64,000 nucleotides of DNA from Xylographa opegraphella. Its lineage: Eukaryota. A program made the position numbers and the translations under genes. Below are positions 25,967 to 39,174 of this stretch, piece by piece; within the stretch, counting starts at the first letter, position 1; each line of letters opens with the position of its first letter. Below the pieces are notes generated by a model, which saw only the letters and a list, made by a program, of their open reading frames with translations, was not told the origin of the DNA and searched no databases. Location: assembly GCA_022813865.1 (NCBI GenBank), contig JALDZX010000011.1:248001-312000 (forward strand). Direction: 5' to 3'.

Positions 25967-28561
25967 AGCATCATCACAACGAAGTGGATGCTTTCGACAA
26001 AACGACTTTGATTTGTCAAGTGGTTACAATCAAACAAGCAACCTCAACACCGGAACCCCATTGAATATTGAAGCTCGCCTTGATGACTAGAAATTGCTTC
26101 GAACATAGTAACAGGTCTTCTATACCAGACAGGCTTCGATTCCGAGGCGCACTTCCTAGGCGGAACAGATTGTGCAGCTAGTCCTAACTTGGAGCTAAGT
26201 CTCGACCTTTCAGGCTTCCGACTGGCTTTTGATTCGCTTGTCGCGGATGCCAAGCTTGCGCGGTTAATTAAACGCGACGAAGCCTAGTTCTGGTAAGTTA
26301 CAGAAATTTAATGTAGGTTGATGATATGAAAGACTCAAGGCCTAATCTTTGAGATGAGCACAGCATAAAACAGTCGTTCCAAGTCTTTTGTAACTATCTT
26401 CGCCCGGATATTGTTTATACTACTGCAGCTCAACTAGACCTTTGTCTCAACTGCGGCAGCAATACCTCTATGAAGATGTGTAGGAACACACATCAATGCT
26501 GAGTTTAGCTCAATAGCTATGCAGTCTCCTGTAGCACTATTATCCCTTTGATTCCGAATTGGTACTGGTTTCGCATCGACATCCTTGATCGACCGAGGCT
26601 CTCCAGAAGCACAGTTTGCAATGTTTGCACTTTCTTGGCACGCTAGCGAACGACCTCGCAACAACTTCGCAGCATTCGGGCAAACAAATATATTAAATTT
26701 ACCAGTGTAGCAGGGATATTGGGCGCTTGCCTGTGTTAGATGTATCGTAGACAGCCACGAGACTACCTGGGAAGAATACCAATGGCGACCGGGTCGGCAA
26801 TCGTTCCGAGGAGGATGAATATCGCTGACTTGACCGAGTAAGGCTAATGCGTGTCACTTCCCGTCTACTGTAGTCACAATGTACTTCGTAGGTGGGTCAT
26901 CCGTAAAATTCACCTACCTATGGAGAAGTCCAGTGAAGTAACCGGCAGGGCTGGCGGCCGGCTAGTGCCGATGAGCCATACATGGCGCCAGACTGTGACA
27001 ATTATAACTTTGCCTCTTATGACGCCACGCCTGACTGGTACCTTTTTTCTCGTCCAATTGTGATAAGCGTTTCAATAACACCATGTTACACTGGGGTACC
27101 AGTTGGCAATCCCTGTTGTCACTAACCGGAACCCCGTCCACATGTCACGGCGTTGCACTACCCGAATTGCAGTCAGGGCATGACAGAGTCTGAGCGCTTC
27201 GCAGCGTTTGATATCCCGGAAGCCCGCGCATGATAAGAACTAGCCTGTAAGATAAATTCTCTGCGCTTTAGTATGCTCCGTGGTCTGTTAGGGCTGCGCC
27301 AAATGGCTTGGAGTGGGATGAAGAACTCCGCACGGCGTGCTCTGAGATTATGGGCGTATAGGCTGCATGTTGAATTAGAAGGATAACCGGATCATAGAAC
27401 CTTCGTTGCTTAACGTCCACATCCGCGAGTGAGTACGAAGTGTGGTTGCTATTCCGCAAAGCTTGTTTCCGACAGAATCATCTTCGCAATTGGCCAAAGA
27501 TGAGACTTGAGCGGCAATGTCATGTTTCTTGGAGATGTTAAGCATACACGAACGGTCGTATCGAGCATGTGACTTGAAGCTTGACACCAGATGAAAGACT
27601 GAGAGATGCTGACTGGCGCCAGTTCTATAACGCTGTCTTTCTCTCCGTCAAATTTTCTTCCGTTTCGTTTGGAGACATTAAACGCCGATTCGCACCGAGC
27701 GATTAGCCGCCGATCTATATATGAGGCTTGAGGCCTAACAAACGAGCAGCTTGTATGTTTAGTCGGTGTCGGTTTGTTGGATTCGAGTGACCGGACTGAC
27801 TAGTATAAGATGATGTATGAGGAATATAGCTGCCTCTCGTCTCGAGATAGGGTGAGGAATCATGTAGGGCAGTCAGCACATTCTATATAATATACTTTGT
27901 ATATCCAGCTTCAATAATCGACGGAATCTGCCGGCGCTGTGAGGACCCCGGCTCGAGTCATGGCTGCCCGGCTTCTTTCTTATGTTATGGTCTTGATGCT
28001 TGGGTAGCTGGCAGTCCCATGCCCGTTTGGGGTGGTATGATCGCTAGTAATACCCTGAATGGGAATTGCGTTGCTGGCTGCTCGCTTCTCAGATTTTCGA
28101 AGGTCCGTAACACGTCGACCTCGTAGTAGGCGCGTCATTTTCATTTTCACGTTCATCACACCAGTCACGTCTTTGAAAACGTGTTGTATCCGCTGTAGCC
28201 ACCGCCTAGGCAACGCTCCTGTAGTCTCGCTAGAATTCAAGCTCCACGTTCAGTCCCAAACCTCACTTCTTCAACCTCGCTATCTCTTCTGACACTGTCA
28301 ACTCCTTCTTCAAACTCTGCTTTCAAAACAGAAAAGACTTCTCACATACCAAGTCCTACAGAGAGCTTACGCGTGGTAAGACTAGAGCTCTCTGTCAACC
28401 TCTCCTCCATCCATCACATTTCATCTGTTGTTGTCTGGACCTCAACCTCCAACCTCCTCTTGAGTCATCCTTCTACATAATAACATCAACTAATTGAAAG
28501 CTCTGCATCAGTTATAGAACCTTATTCGTCTGATAACATCCCAAGCTACAAGAAAGCAAAG

Positions 28562-30864
28562 ATGAGTATGTTCATTCTTCTATGAAGCACTTTGAAAGCA
28601 TCTTTGACTGAAACGAGTAGGAGGGAGACCAAAGCAGAACGGAAATACTGGAAGCAACAACGGTAGTATGATTATGATAACCTTAAGTTCTCATACTCGC
28701 TGACATAGAGACAGTGCCAACAGGTCTCGAGCCATCGGCGAGCACGCCCACCACAATGGCTACGCCTGTGGTATCCAAACGACAAGCAAAGCGTGCTACC
28801 ATATTGTCGACGACAGGCGATATTGCCAGTAATGACAGACCCAAGGGACTAGTTCGAGTCCGTGAGGGTATTCTACAGCACTTCTTGACGAGTTCCGAGG
28901 AATGGGTTCCTGCGATGTACCATAATGACATCCGGGAAGAGCTGATTGAAGAGAGTGAAGCTTTCGGTGATTATGGTAATCATCTAGCAGATCATATATT
29001 GCTGAGACATACTAACCGCTGCAGATCATCCAAGGGCGAGAGGTTTAGGCGCAGACGACGTGACGTCCTTCCTTCCCGCACAGAAGACCTGGTAAGTAAC
29101 AACTCTCTTGTGAGGCTGAATGAATGTGTGCACTTCATCTTGCTATGTGACACCGATGTCACCCGCCCATACATAAACGTGTATCGTACTCATCAGTTTC
29201 CGTAAATGATATCCATTTTAACTGTACACACCGCTGTTGTTAATGCACGACGCTGACCAATTTTTAGGGGCATCGAACGTCAATATTGGCCAGATGTACT
29301 ATTCCAAATTATCCCCGACAAGAGCACTCACCTACCGGAAGACAATGTGAAGCCATGGTATAGGAATGGCATGATTCTCCTTGATCAAGACAATCGTCCG
29401 CTCAATGATTATGATAGCATTCCTGCCACATTGTCCACAGAGATCGAGGGACAATACATGGAAGCGATGTCTCGGCTAGACTCTCGTATCAAGCATGCCG
29501 ACTTCCGGGCTCGCATGCCTAGTACGATGGTTGTGAAAGCTGGCAATCCGGCTGTACCATTGTTCACGCTCAATACAATCTCTATGAGAATGAGCCGATT
29601 CCGTGATCAGGCAGCATTGGTATCGAGAGAGAAACGTGCCGGAACCCAGAGCATTGAAGATAACTTGAGACAACTGCTTCCAGAACAATGCTTCGAAGAG
29701 AACTCCACACGGAGCTTTGGCAGGCTTTTGACTCGGGAAGAGGTAGCAATTGTCAAAAGTGTCAACAAAGGCAAATTTGCATACCGTGTTCGTAAGGGAA
29801 AAGCTGCTGTCGGTGTTTCAGGTCCTACAGCACCTAAACGCAAGAGGACAAGAGTCACGATTGAAAATGACGACGACGAGCAGAATCCGGATATTCATAG
29901 CACAACTCCCGAGCAGAATTCCGAGATTCACAGCACATCTCCTGGGCTTCATCGAGCAAAACGAACCCGCCATGCAGAGGCGCAAGAACCAGATTGGTCA
30001 TCCGTTATAGATCCCACACTGGAAACGTTGACTCCATGGGTACCAAACAACCAGAACGACTATAGGCAAGAACAAGCCCCAGCTCACCCTTGCATTCCTT
30101 CGAATGACGATTACACCTTGGAGTCCGAAAATGCATATTCGACGAATCCCAGCAACGAATTTGCACTTTCTATCTCTGACGACAACCCCCACGATGTGTC
30201 AGCTGTAGCTTCAGCAGAATCAACCCAAGGGGTTTCGCAGCTTGAAATGCTTCCATATAGACCTGACTTGATTGCAGGCGGGTATGGCAATTCCCTCGCG
30301 GACACATTGGTGACGAACCAATGGGCTGCACAGAATCAGCAAGTATATACTGGTAGACTTACCCATGGTTTCCACAGACAGCCGCACGGTAACGAAGCAG
30401 CGCCGACACGTTCAATGTCCTACCATGAGCCCCAAAGTGCTGTCAATGCTTATGTTCCTTACAATATAGACTTTGTGACCAACACACATACCTCAACACC
30501 ATTGGCAAACAATAGTCAGAATACGGAAACTCGGGACGATGGACGGAATGGTAACTGGAGCTTGGGAGATCAACCCATATTCACCAACCGGAATCGAGCT
30601 CAGCATACATTGCCAGCCTTCAATGAGACAGTATATAGTCGTGCAAATGGCCAACATCAGCAGAGGAATAGCCTGGACCCAGCTGACCATGCCGTTCAGA
30701 GCACCAACCATTTCGAGCTCGGCAGGGGTGACGCGAATGGGGTCATTCCTAATCAAGAATCACAAGAGAATGAAGAAGAACCCCCTTTCTCATTCACAGA
30801 TTATCTCAACGATTCAGATTCTCAATACGACGAGCAAGAATTCGTTCTGATTGGCAACTCGTAG
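28562..30864 (+). CDS. Unknown-family paralogue C (about 658 aa; exons 28562-28565, 28621-28662, 28709-28975, 29025-29091, 29268-30864)
   Basis: All introns GT-AG and frame-preserving; PAMYHNDIREELI, MILLDQDNRP, IPATLST, DFRARMP, NTISMRMSRFR, NKGKF, KRKR; long polar tail. Confidence 0.82.
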
Positions 30865-33800
30865 CGCTATGTCGGCTGCGTTGGTCCTTAGAATCCGTCG
30901 ACGATACGGCTCGCCTGCCTTGGGATGAAGGAAACCACTGGTATCGCTGAAAGAGTAGGCTGACTAGACCAGGAGCGGTGCTTACTTTCAAGCTTAACGA
31001 TGTCATGATAACGAAAAAGTAGCTTTGATTTGACTGTTGGAGTTTTGGGGGGAACGGAGACTGAGCATTTGCGATTAGCTTTCTCGTGGATTAAGATGAA
31101 CCAGGCGAAGATATCCACTCTAACATGAGCACCGAGAGGTGAGTAGGAAGCATGGTTCTTCTGATGTGTATCTTCTGGCTTAGAGCACGGTGATGATTTC
31201 TGGTTAGTACTGTTTCTGGTAGTGTATAGAAGCAATTTGGCGGGTGAAGATGTTTGCGACCGGGCATATAGCACGATAGCATAGCTCCTCTTTCGAGCAT
31301 CCAGAAATACACGATCTCTTTCCTCCAACGTGGTTGTTTTTCAATGATGAAATGCAACCTTGACTTTGTCACTTGAGGACATGATATACCTTACAATAGC
31401 TTTGCACCGCAGTATAAAGAAAGTCCTTGAGCTACGTGTCGTAGAAGTATCCTAGAGTTCTTAGGCACGCTGGAATACAAGTCCATGTATCAGCTGACGC
31501 AGGAATCAAATATACCTTGAAAAGGGGGTTATGGAATCGGGTTCAGCACGTGACGGTAGGGACTTCTCCACAGTGCGGCGTGATGCGGCCTCCAGAAGGC
31601 AGTAGGGTCACATGAACCAGAAGCCCAGCTGTACGTTGTTTGGCCGAGTGATTGATCACGTCCAAGCAAACAGCCACGCAGGCGAACGATAAGAAGGGAT
31701 TTTTTAAATAAATATAGCTTCTTGCCGACTGCATGACAAGTCTCTGCCTGGATCCTGCACTGACCCTCACGGACATTGAGTGCAAGAAACCTGAGAGATT
31801 GTGGCTGTGGATGGGTTCTGGTTCCATCGACGCTGTCAATGCATCGCATTTGGACGACAGCGAGTAGGCGTGAACGAGAGGTAATCTCTGAGACTGAATA
31901 AGCCATTCACAGTAAAGATCGCGAGCAAGCTATATTGAGGGTTTCTCGGAAAAAATTACTCGTCTCATAGGCAATAACAAGGGAACTGAAAGGCTCGGCT
32001 CAGTCGTCCATTCGCGAATCCGGAATCTGCTAATGTTGAAGAAACCACTTTCTACCACGGCAATGGCATGACGAGATCATTGAAGCGATTGAAGAAGTCG
32101 ACAATGCTAGACTTACTGTCTGCTTTCGTGGCCGAAGTATCGCTTCTAAGTTTACTCCCATCATGAACCCCAGAAACTCGTGCCAACTCAGGTACTCATA
32201 TTAGATATATGATTGTCTTGGGTCCAAGTACCTTAACGGTCTTTCAATATCTAGAAAACAACATCGCTGTGGCACTCATCAAGAGATTGTGAGATCTCTT
32301 CGAAGCAAGAGTATTGAGTTTAATGGTGGTGTCTTGTTGAACAGCATATGCATCGAATTTATCGAATGGTACGTGGTTCAACGTGGAGTATCTGATGAGA
32401 GCTCGAGATACTCATTTATGCTTAGCAAGTTTTTGATGTCCATCAGCGTAATAGCTAGACGAAGCATGGAGAACCAGCTACTCACGTCCTCGACATAGTT
32501 TTCACTGGCTGGTCTCGACCATCATGCTCCAGTCTGAAAGCACTCGTATAACGAAATATCAAGAAACGCACTTGTTTTGAGTTTGAGACAGAGAACGAGA
32601 CTCATTCAAACACTTAGCAGGCGTCAATGCCTCGTGAGAATCCAGAGACTTCGTTTCTTGACCATTTTTCAGACTGTTTGACTTGGTGTCACCAGCACAT
32701 TCTGTAGCTTCTAACACAGTTTCCTTGATATTCCAGTATAGCTTCGTTAGCGAAAGGGTCTTTCTCAACACACAGAACGGCTAAACATCGCTTATACTCA
32801 GGAATCGAACGTGACTCAAACACGCTTCTGGCGCGTAGCCAACGCCTTGCTCGCTTGATCTCCTATTGTGAATCTGATATTAGTCTAGTCGTATTTTTCA
32901 CTCGTTTAGCTCCGTTATGAAGTAGATACGCAAGGCTCACTTTCATCTGACCTCATTCATTGTCAAAGCCATCCTTGGCAGTGCATAGCCTTTATAGCAT
33001 CAAAACATCATCAATACCTGCTTCGACTGATGACGTCTATGCTATCTTAAAGCTCCAAAAAAGGGTCTTTTGACGTGTGGATGTCAACAGCTGAGGATAT
33101 TCCATCTGACGAATGATGGAGGGTTTGAGCAATGGTATCAGGCAAACCCACGCTTGCTGCACTGAGCCAGTACAAATTTCCTCGAGAGCTTGCCGGATAT
33201 TCGGCACATCGTTGTTGTTACTCAATTTGAGTAGCACTGGATTCCTGGCTAGGAGGAGCTGAGTTTTGTTAATGACAACCTCCATCCTGAACCAGAGCCC
33301 ATTGATGATACTCGTCGAGATAGTGAAGAGAAAATATCTTAATTTGACGGCCAAACTTTCTTCTTTTCGCTTATGTTCCAGTATAAGCTACCTTTAGCCC
33401 TATGGCAAGCTGAAGTTGAAGTTTTGTACCTAAAATTCAATTCAAGAACTTGGTGCAATTGCGGAGATTAATAAGAGTTTGTAGGCGACATTGTGTAGAC
33501 AGTAATTCGACTCCCAGAAAAGTATCATTGTGGCCTTGCTTCGTGCTCAATATCATTGTTTCGATATATATGAGCCTGCAATCTTGTATTTAGGGGTAAA
33601 GACTGCGTATTCTCCAATATTGACACGTAGCAGCGCTCCTGGGAACGTGTTTACCATCTCCAACGCTTGCTTATGGCTGTTTAGTGATAATTCTGCCGAG
33701 GTGATTTCCACGTTCGAACAGCTTGTTACCGCTCAGTATCTTGATCACTCAACACGTGTTGCTCATAGTTGCGCAGACAAGCCCTCCGCTTATCAGAGTA

Positions 33801-34173
33801 GTTGAGTTTCCGCCTATACCTCCAGCTCCTTATTCATACCTGAGCTTCATCTATTCCATCATCCTCTTCAGAACAAGATACAGACTACTCAACCGGCATC
33901 TGCTATCTCATCAGAAGATAGCAATTATCTTGCTAAACCGATAGAGAGTTGTAGTGCGTTCCATCATTGAGCGTCTGGTCTTGAATAGCCCAACCACGAC
34001 GCGTTCATCTTCAGAGCCTATTCGAACGTGCCATTGTACACTCTCACCATCGACAACTTCCTCTTTCGTATAATCTCTACGTCGAACCGCCACTTCTTTC
34101 ATACAGGTACCATTTCTGACACGACTTCTCTCTTCTTCCAATTTCAAGCTGAGACAACCATAGTTTGGACAAG

Positions 34174-36731
34174 ATGAGGCAGATACGGAAACGGAAACGT
34201 CATATTGAAGCTGATGAGCTAGATCTCGATGATTATAACTCGCACAATCCAGAGCTATCATCAAAGCAAGGCAAGTGATCTGTCGTCAAGAGATACCACA
34301 TTATCAGGCTCACCAATGTACAGCACCAAAGAGAGCGAGGCTCGATATTTACAACAGTACTCGAGGTACTAAATATCATATCCAAAAACAGAGAATGCTC
34401 AAACCTGGCTAATTGATTATAGTTGCCGCCTATGATGGTCAACTCGAGAACAAACCAAGCAGTGCTGCCATAGATGGAGTTGATAACAACATTCCAAATT
34501 TGGAAGCATCAAATGACCTCTCCCGTGCCGCCTTGTCCAAGCGAGCAATGAAACGAGCCGCCATTGGACATAACGTTGCAAGCAACGACAAGCCGAAGGG
34601 TCTGACACGTACCGCTCTGGACGGTAGCATAGAACATTTCTTCGAGAGGGAAAATAAATGGGGTATGATCGATGTGTACCACTCGTTGATTTTTAGCTAA
34701 TCTTCTAAAGTGCCTGCTGTAACACATGAGGAAATCCGCGAAGAGCTCATCAAAGAATATGACCAAAAGGGAACATACGGTAAGAGTGCTCAAGTAACTT
34801 GGTGAAAGGAGTGCCTAAGCGAAGCAGATCACGGCAGATCCAGGGGCCTGAAGCCCACCGAGGTAACTTGCTTTTGTGCCTCGCAGAAGTCATGGTTGGA
34901 TTGCTCCGGAGGGGCAATATATGAAGCTACTTTCAAGCACTAATAACTGTGTAGAGGCAATGATCCTGCTACTTGGCCGCAGGTGCTTCGACAGATACAA
35001 CCAACGCTAAGGTATGTTAAAGGCGAAGTGAAACTTTGGTATCGTCATGGGAAGATTGTCCTCGATCCCGACGAAAGGCCTATACGTCTGCTTGAGATAC
35101 CTGCTGTGTGCTCGTCGAAAATGGAAGACTGGTTGATGTCGGCCATCTACTTGTCAGACCCCAAAGTTGAGATACTTGATATCCGTGTACGAATGCCAAG
35201 AACCGTAACCGTACTTGAGAAAGGCAATCAAGTTGAGAGGCCACTCTATCTACCCAATGCGTTGTCGATGCGGATGACTCGATTCCGAACAAAGTATGGT
35301 CTGATGCCCCGGGAGAAGCGCGAAGGCAGCACGCCCAAGGAAGAAAAGTTGAAGTCCTTACTTGGAGCAGAGCGAGTCAAGAATAACGACGTAGGAGATT
35401 TTAAGCCTTTGACTAGACAGGAAATTACTGAGGTCGAAGCCGTGAACAAAGGACGCTTTGGTCATCGCGCCCGGCCGGAGAATAAATTTGGAAAGAGGAA
35501 GCAGAATCCGACTGACAATGAAACGGTTCAAGTGAAAAAAACTAGAAGTTCAAAATCCAAGCTTTCCACAAGTGAGGTGCTTAACTCGAACGGCAGTACA
35601 TCTGGGAAAGCGTTCGTGGATGCAGAGCCTCATTTTCGTCGAGGCCTCAGCCAGGGATTTAAACTTTGGGCAATCGGAGACCAACCTTTCGTGCCAGGAA
35701 TTCATCGTCACGACCCGGAAGCAACATATCCTCCCTACCAACCCGAAGGCCTTAAGGCACTAGGGTCACGTTGGGAACATCGCGGACCAGGCACAGGTCA
35801 GAATGAGTCCTTGAATACTCGTGATAATACCTTGGCGGGTCCGTCTCGATTAAACAAGGCGCACCAGAAAACTGGCTTTGGTCAAGAGAACGGCCTTCTG
35901 GGCTTCGATGAGATACCAAGGGATGCCTGGAATCGTCGATTTTGGTTTGCGGATACATACAGCGGATTTGAGGATTTCCATGGCTTTGAAGGCCGTGAGA
36001 ACAACAACGACGACGTTGTTCCGAGTAACGGAGTAGGCTCCCGCCACTATCCAGAATACTGGCTGAGCAACCAGTCTCCACCAAAAGAGAGTAGTTGTGG
36101 CGATAAATATGACGGGGATTCAGGCCTCGTTGGCCCGAAAGTTTTCGATTTTCCCGATTCTCCAGGTAAAGGGTCGGTACGTTTTGATCCTCTGGCAGAC
36201 GCAGTTGGCGACTTTAGCAGGACTCAGGATATCAAGGGCCATGCGATTAACGGTATCATAAAGTCGCATACTTCACACGGCTTCGACCACACCCAAAAAC
36301 GAGGCTACCGGGGGCCTCAGTTCCCAGAACACCGATATGGCGATGTTGCTGCGCCTCGTAGCATTCTGCACCTAGCAAGTAACGGTACAGTTGAACCGAA
36401 CGACGATTCCCAAGGTCTACACAGCTTTGAAAAGAGTGCGGTCGAGCATGTTTCGGAGATAAAAGACCGATCAGCAGGAGATAGCGGTACTCCGGAGCTC
36501 ACTATTTTTGGAAGTGCATACGCTGCTGCCTGCAGCACTCAAGAGAAGGACAACTTCGATAGAGCATGGGCACGCGGAGAAGACCCTTCTAACACTTTGC
36601 TTAGTGACTATGACGTGCGCAACTCAGGTCTCGGCGATGACGAGGCTGGCAGTATGGGCAGTATGGACAGTATGGAAGAGCTCCTCAGCACAGCCAAATG
36701 GGATCCCGAGGCTTGGTCTGGGTACTTGTGA
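34174..36731 (+). CDS. Unknown-family paralogue D (exons 34174-34270, 34324-34365, 34423-34662, 34711-34779, 34828-34894, 34955-36731); in-frame TGA at the last junction, so possibly a pseudogene or alternatively spliced
   Basis: PAVTHEEIREELI, KIVLDPDERP, IPAVCSS, DIRVRMP, NALSMRMTRFR, NKGRF; exon sizes 42 and 67 nt match C and 69 nt matches B; first intron GC-AG. Confidence 0.72.
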
Positions 36732-37351
36732 ACATGGTCAATTTCCAAGGCCTGGATAGATCTAGGAGTGTGGTCTCGGGAGAAAGCGGCCTTCCTCCTT
36801 CGATAATGCCTGAATTCGGCTGAGGTCGTTGATCGCCCTACTCATATATCACTTGGTTTCCCTTTTCCTCTTTTGTTGTTCCGTTCGAGTGTTCTGCCTT
36901 TTTCTCCAGTACATTGACCATTATTACGGCCTCAAAGGATTCTTCTCCTTGCTCCCCACTCTAGTAAAGAGCTTGGTGGCCTTATCTCGGAGCCCTTGGA
37001 GCCCTCGGTAGCGCGGTAGTACAAGCCATGATAGTCGGGACTGCTAAAAGACTTAATACACGAAGGGATATTTCTCGTCGTGCCACAAGGACGGATTCAA
37101 CCGGGATGGTAGAATGATCACGACTTGGTCTTTGCATAGCAGAAATCATGATCCGAAAGACAGTTTGGTGAGAGTGATCGTGATTGTGAGACTTCATATT
37201 TGAGGAGGATGATAAGCAAGAGTGGTGGAAAGGTACGGAAAGACTGGGAAGGTCTCGCGATAATTAGTCATTCCACAATCCTCTCGGGGTCTGAGCGATC
37301 AACTAACACAATGTACCTATAACTACAAAAATCGTGACCCGCAAATCTACT

Positions 37352-38971
37352 ATGACTGCCATTATAACGGTGTCAATGAACACAGATGAAGTCCCTAATC
37401 CTGCGCCGACATCCATAGAGTCCCTCATCCTGCCCACGGCTTCTCAGAATTTTTCCCGCACCCTAGCTTCTCTCAAGCAAAGTAAATTCTCCATAAAGAA
37501 CCGCTTAACGTCTATCCACGAAGACTCGCAATTTGTTCAGCATGTCTCAGTATCTCAGAATCTCCCTCTTATTGCAAATGAACGGTGTGGAAGCTGGTAC
37601 ATCCCACCAGAGCAGAAATTGGGCAGCGCTTATTTCAAGAGCACGGACGGGCATCAGGGCCAATGGAAGTTCAGTCTGAGGAGGTTGAATATCCAGATTC
37701 TGGATATCATTGAGAAGTTTGACGGGTTCGATCACTCGATCGCTCCGAGAGGAAATGGTTGGCTAATAGTTTCAAGGTAGTTGTATCATTGTTGACTCCA
37801 CAAGATCAGGCAAGAGCATGCCAGATGCTCTATCGAAGACTGTCCCGGTATGGTGTGCGGTCATGAACCGGCTGCTGTTCCCCGAGAATACCGAGAGCCA
37901 TGTGCTTCGCACCCCTCCTTCGGTCGTTGGAAGATCCGAGCACAGCCAGATCGAAGCACGCCTTGATGGCTTTTTGGAGAACTTGAAGGTACATTACTAT
38001 AAGGATATTGAGTAAGCGGACGCTTATCAGATTGATTAGGGCTTGAAGCTCGACGTCGGCGGTCTTCGAGCGAAGTTGCAGAAACCGCTTCGTGTTGGAT
38101 GGATCACGCAAGCCTCACCACAAGCTTTGCCGTCCTCGGATCCCCTTTGTGATCCAACTTACCATCCAGTACTATGCTGCACTGCCTCAAGACATGAAGC
38201 GAGTAGCGGTACATGGACCGACGGCTATATTCAAGGCGCTGGAGATGACAGCGAAGGCTGGTCGACAGGGCTTACTCCAACTGCTTTCTGGCAGAACTTG
38301 TCACCTTTGCTGTCGGCATCCCAGGAAGAGGGCGATATCCTTGAGTTACTCACTATATCCAATGCCAAAGAATCAATGCTTTCATCCGTATCACAACCTA
38401 CTGCTATTTATCCCGGCAACAGCAAGTGGCCATTGTTCATCGGAAGACTCGAAGTGCTACAATCTTCTGCCTCTATTGATATGGACGGTATCATTACATG
38501 CGACCAAGATATGATCCAGGTCTTACCAGTAGCTACAAATATTGGAGGTAGACCCCCGCTCTTGCATCTGGGAAGCCATACAGGAAAGCTTGGGAGCCGA
38601 ACACTGCGCGATCAGCTGCCTCGACTCAAGCCATTCATTAAGCAGATAGCTTCGCAAACGCAGCATCCTCGTCTACTATTCGCGTGCAGCACTGGTCGCG
38701 ATCTATCTGTTGGCGTGGCCTTGACAGTGCTATGCATCTACTTCAACGACGACGGTCGGTCAACAACGCTTTTGAGCATTTGAACCCTCTCGTAGTTGGC
38801 TGACACTAACCTTGCCTAGGGATGTTCGTCAGCGCTACCAGTCCGGAGCCAATTACCAAGGATATTGTTCGACGACGTCTTAGCTGGATCGTAGCCTCCA
38901 AGCATGATGCAAACCCAGCACGCGCAACATTGCAGTCTGTCAATGCATTCTTGATGGACAGACCAAAATGA
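37352..38971 (+). CDS. RIT1: Initiator tRNA 2'-O-ribosyl phosphate transferase (3 introns)
   Basis: SIKNRLTSI, PLIANERCGSWY, SAYFKSTDGH, FSLRRLN, DSTRSGKSMPDALSKTVPVWCAVMNR, YIQGAGDDSEGW, C-terminal CSTGRDLSVGV and NPARATLQSVNAFL. Confidence 0.93.
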
Positions 38972-39174
38972 GTAACATTACTCGCACTCCATCTATCCGG
39001 TATCTGGCCATAAAACTATGCTCTCAGTTCAGAATGAGCACGCTATAACCGTTGCACATCATCGTGATCACGCTGTGCCATCTTGCTCGGCGCGACAGCA
39101 ATGAGACCCTCGCGAATAACCATTTCTCGCGCCAATTAACGCCTCTCTTCCGCATGTCAAATTAATGATGGGTA

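Noticed and set aside
29092..29267. Unusually long (176 nt) intron in paralogue C as a possible snoRNA host
   Set aside because: No convincing C/D or H/ACA box arrangement with a terminal stem
30888..33944. Several 60-146 aa ORFs between paralogues C and D, checked as a fifth paralogue or transposase
   Set aside because: None carries the family motifs or DDE/RT motifs
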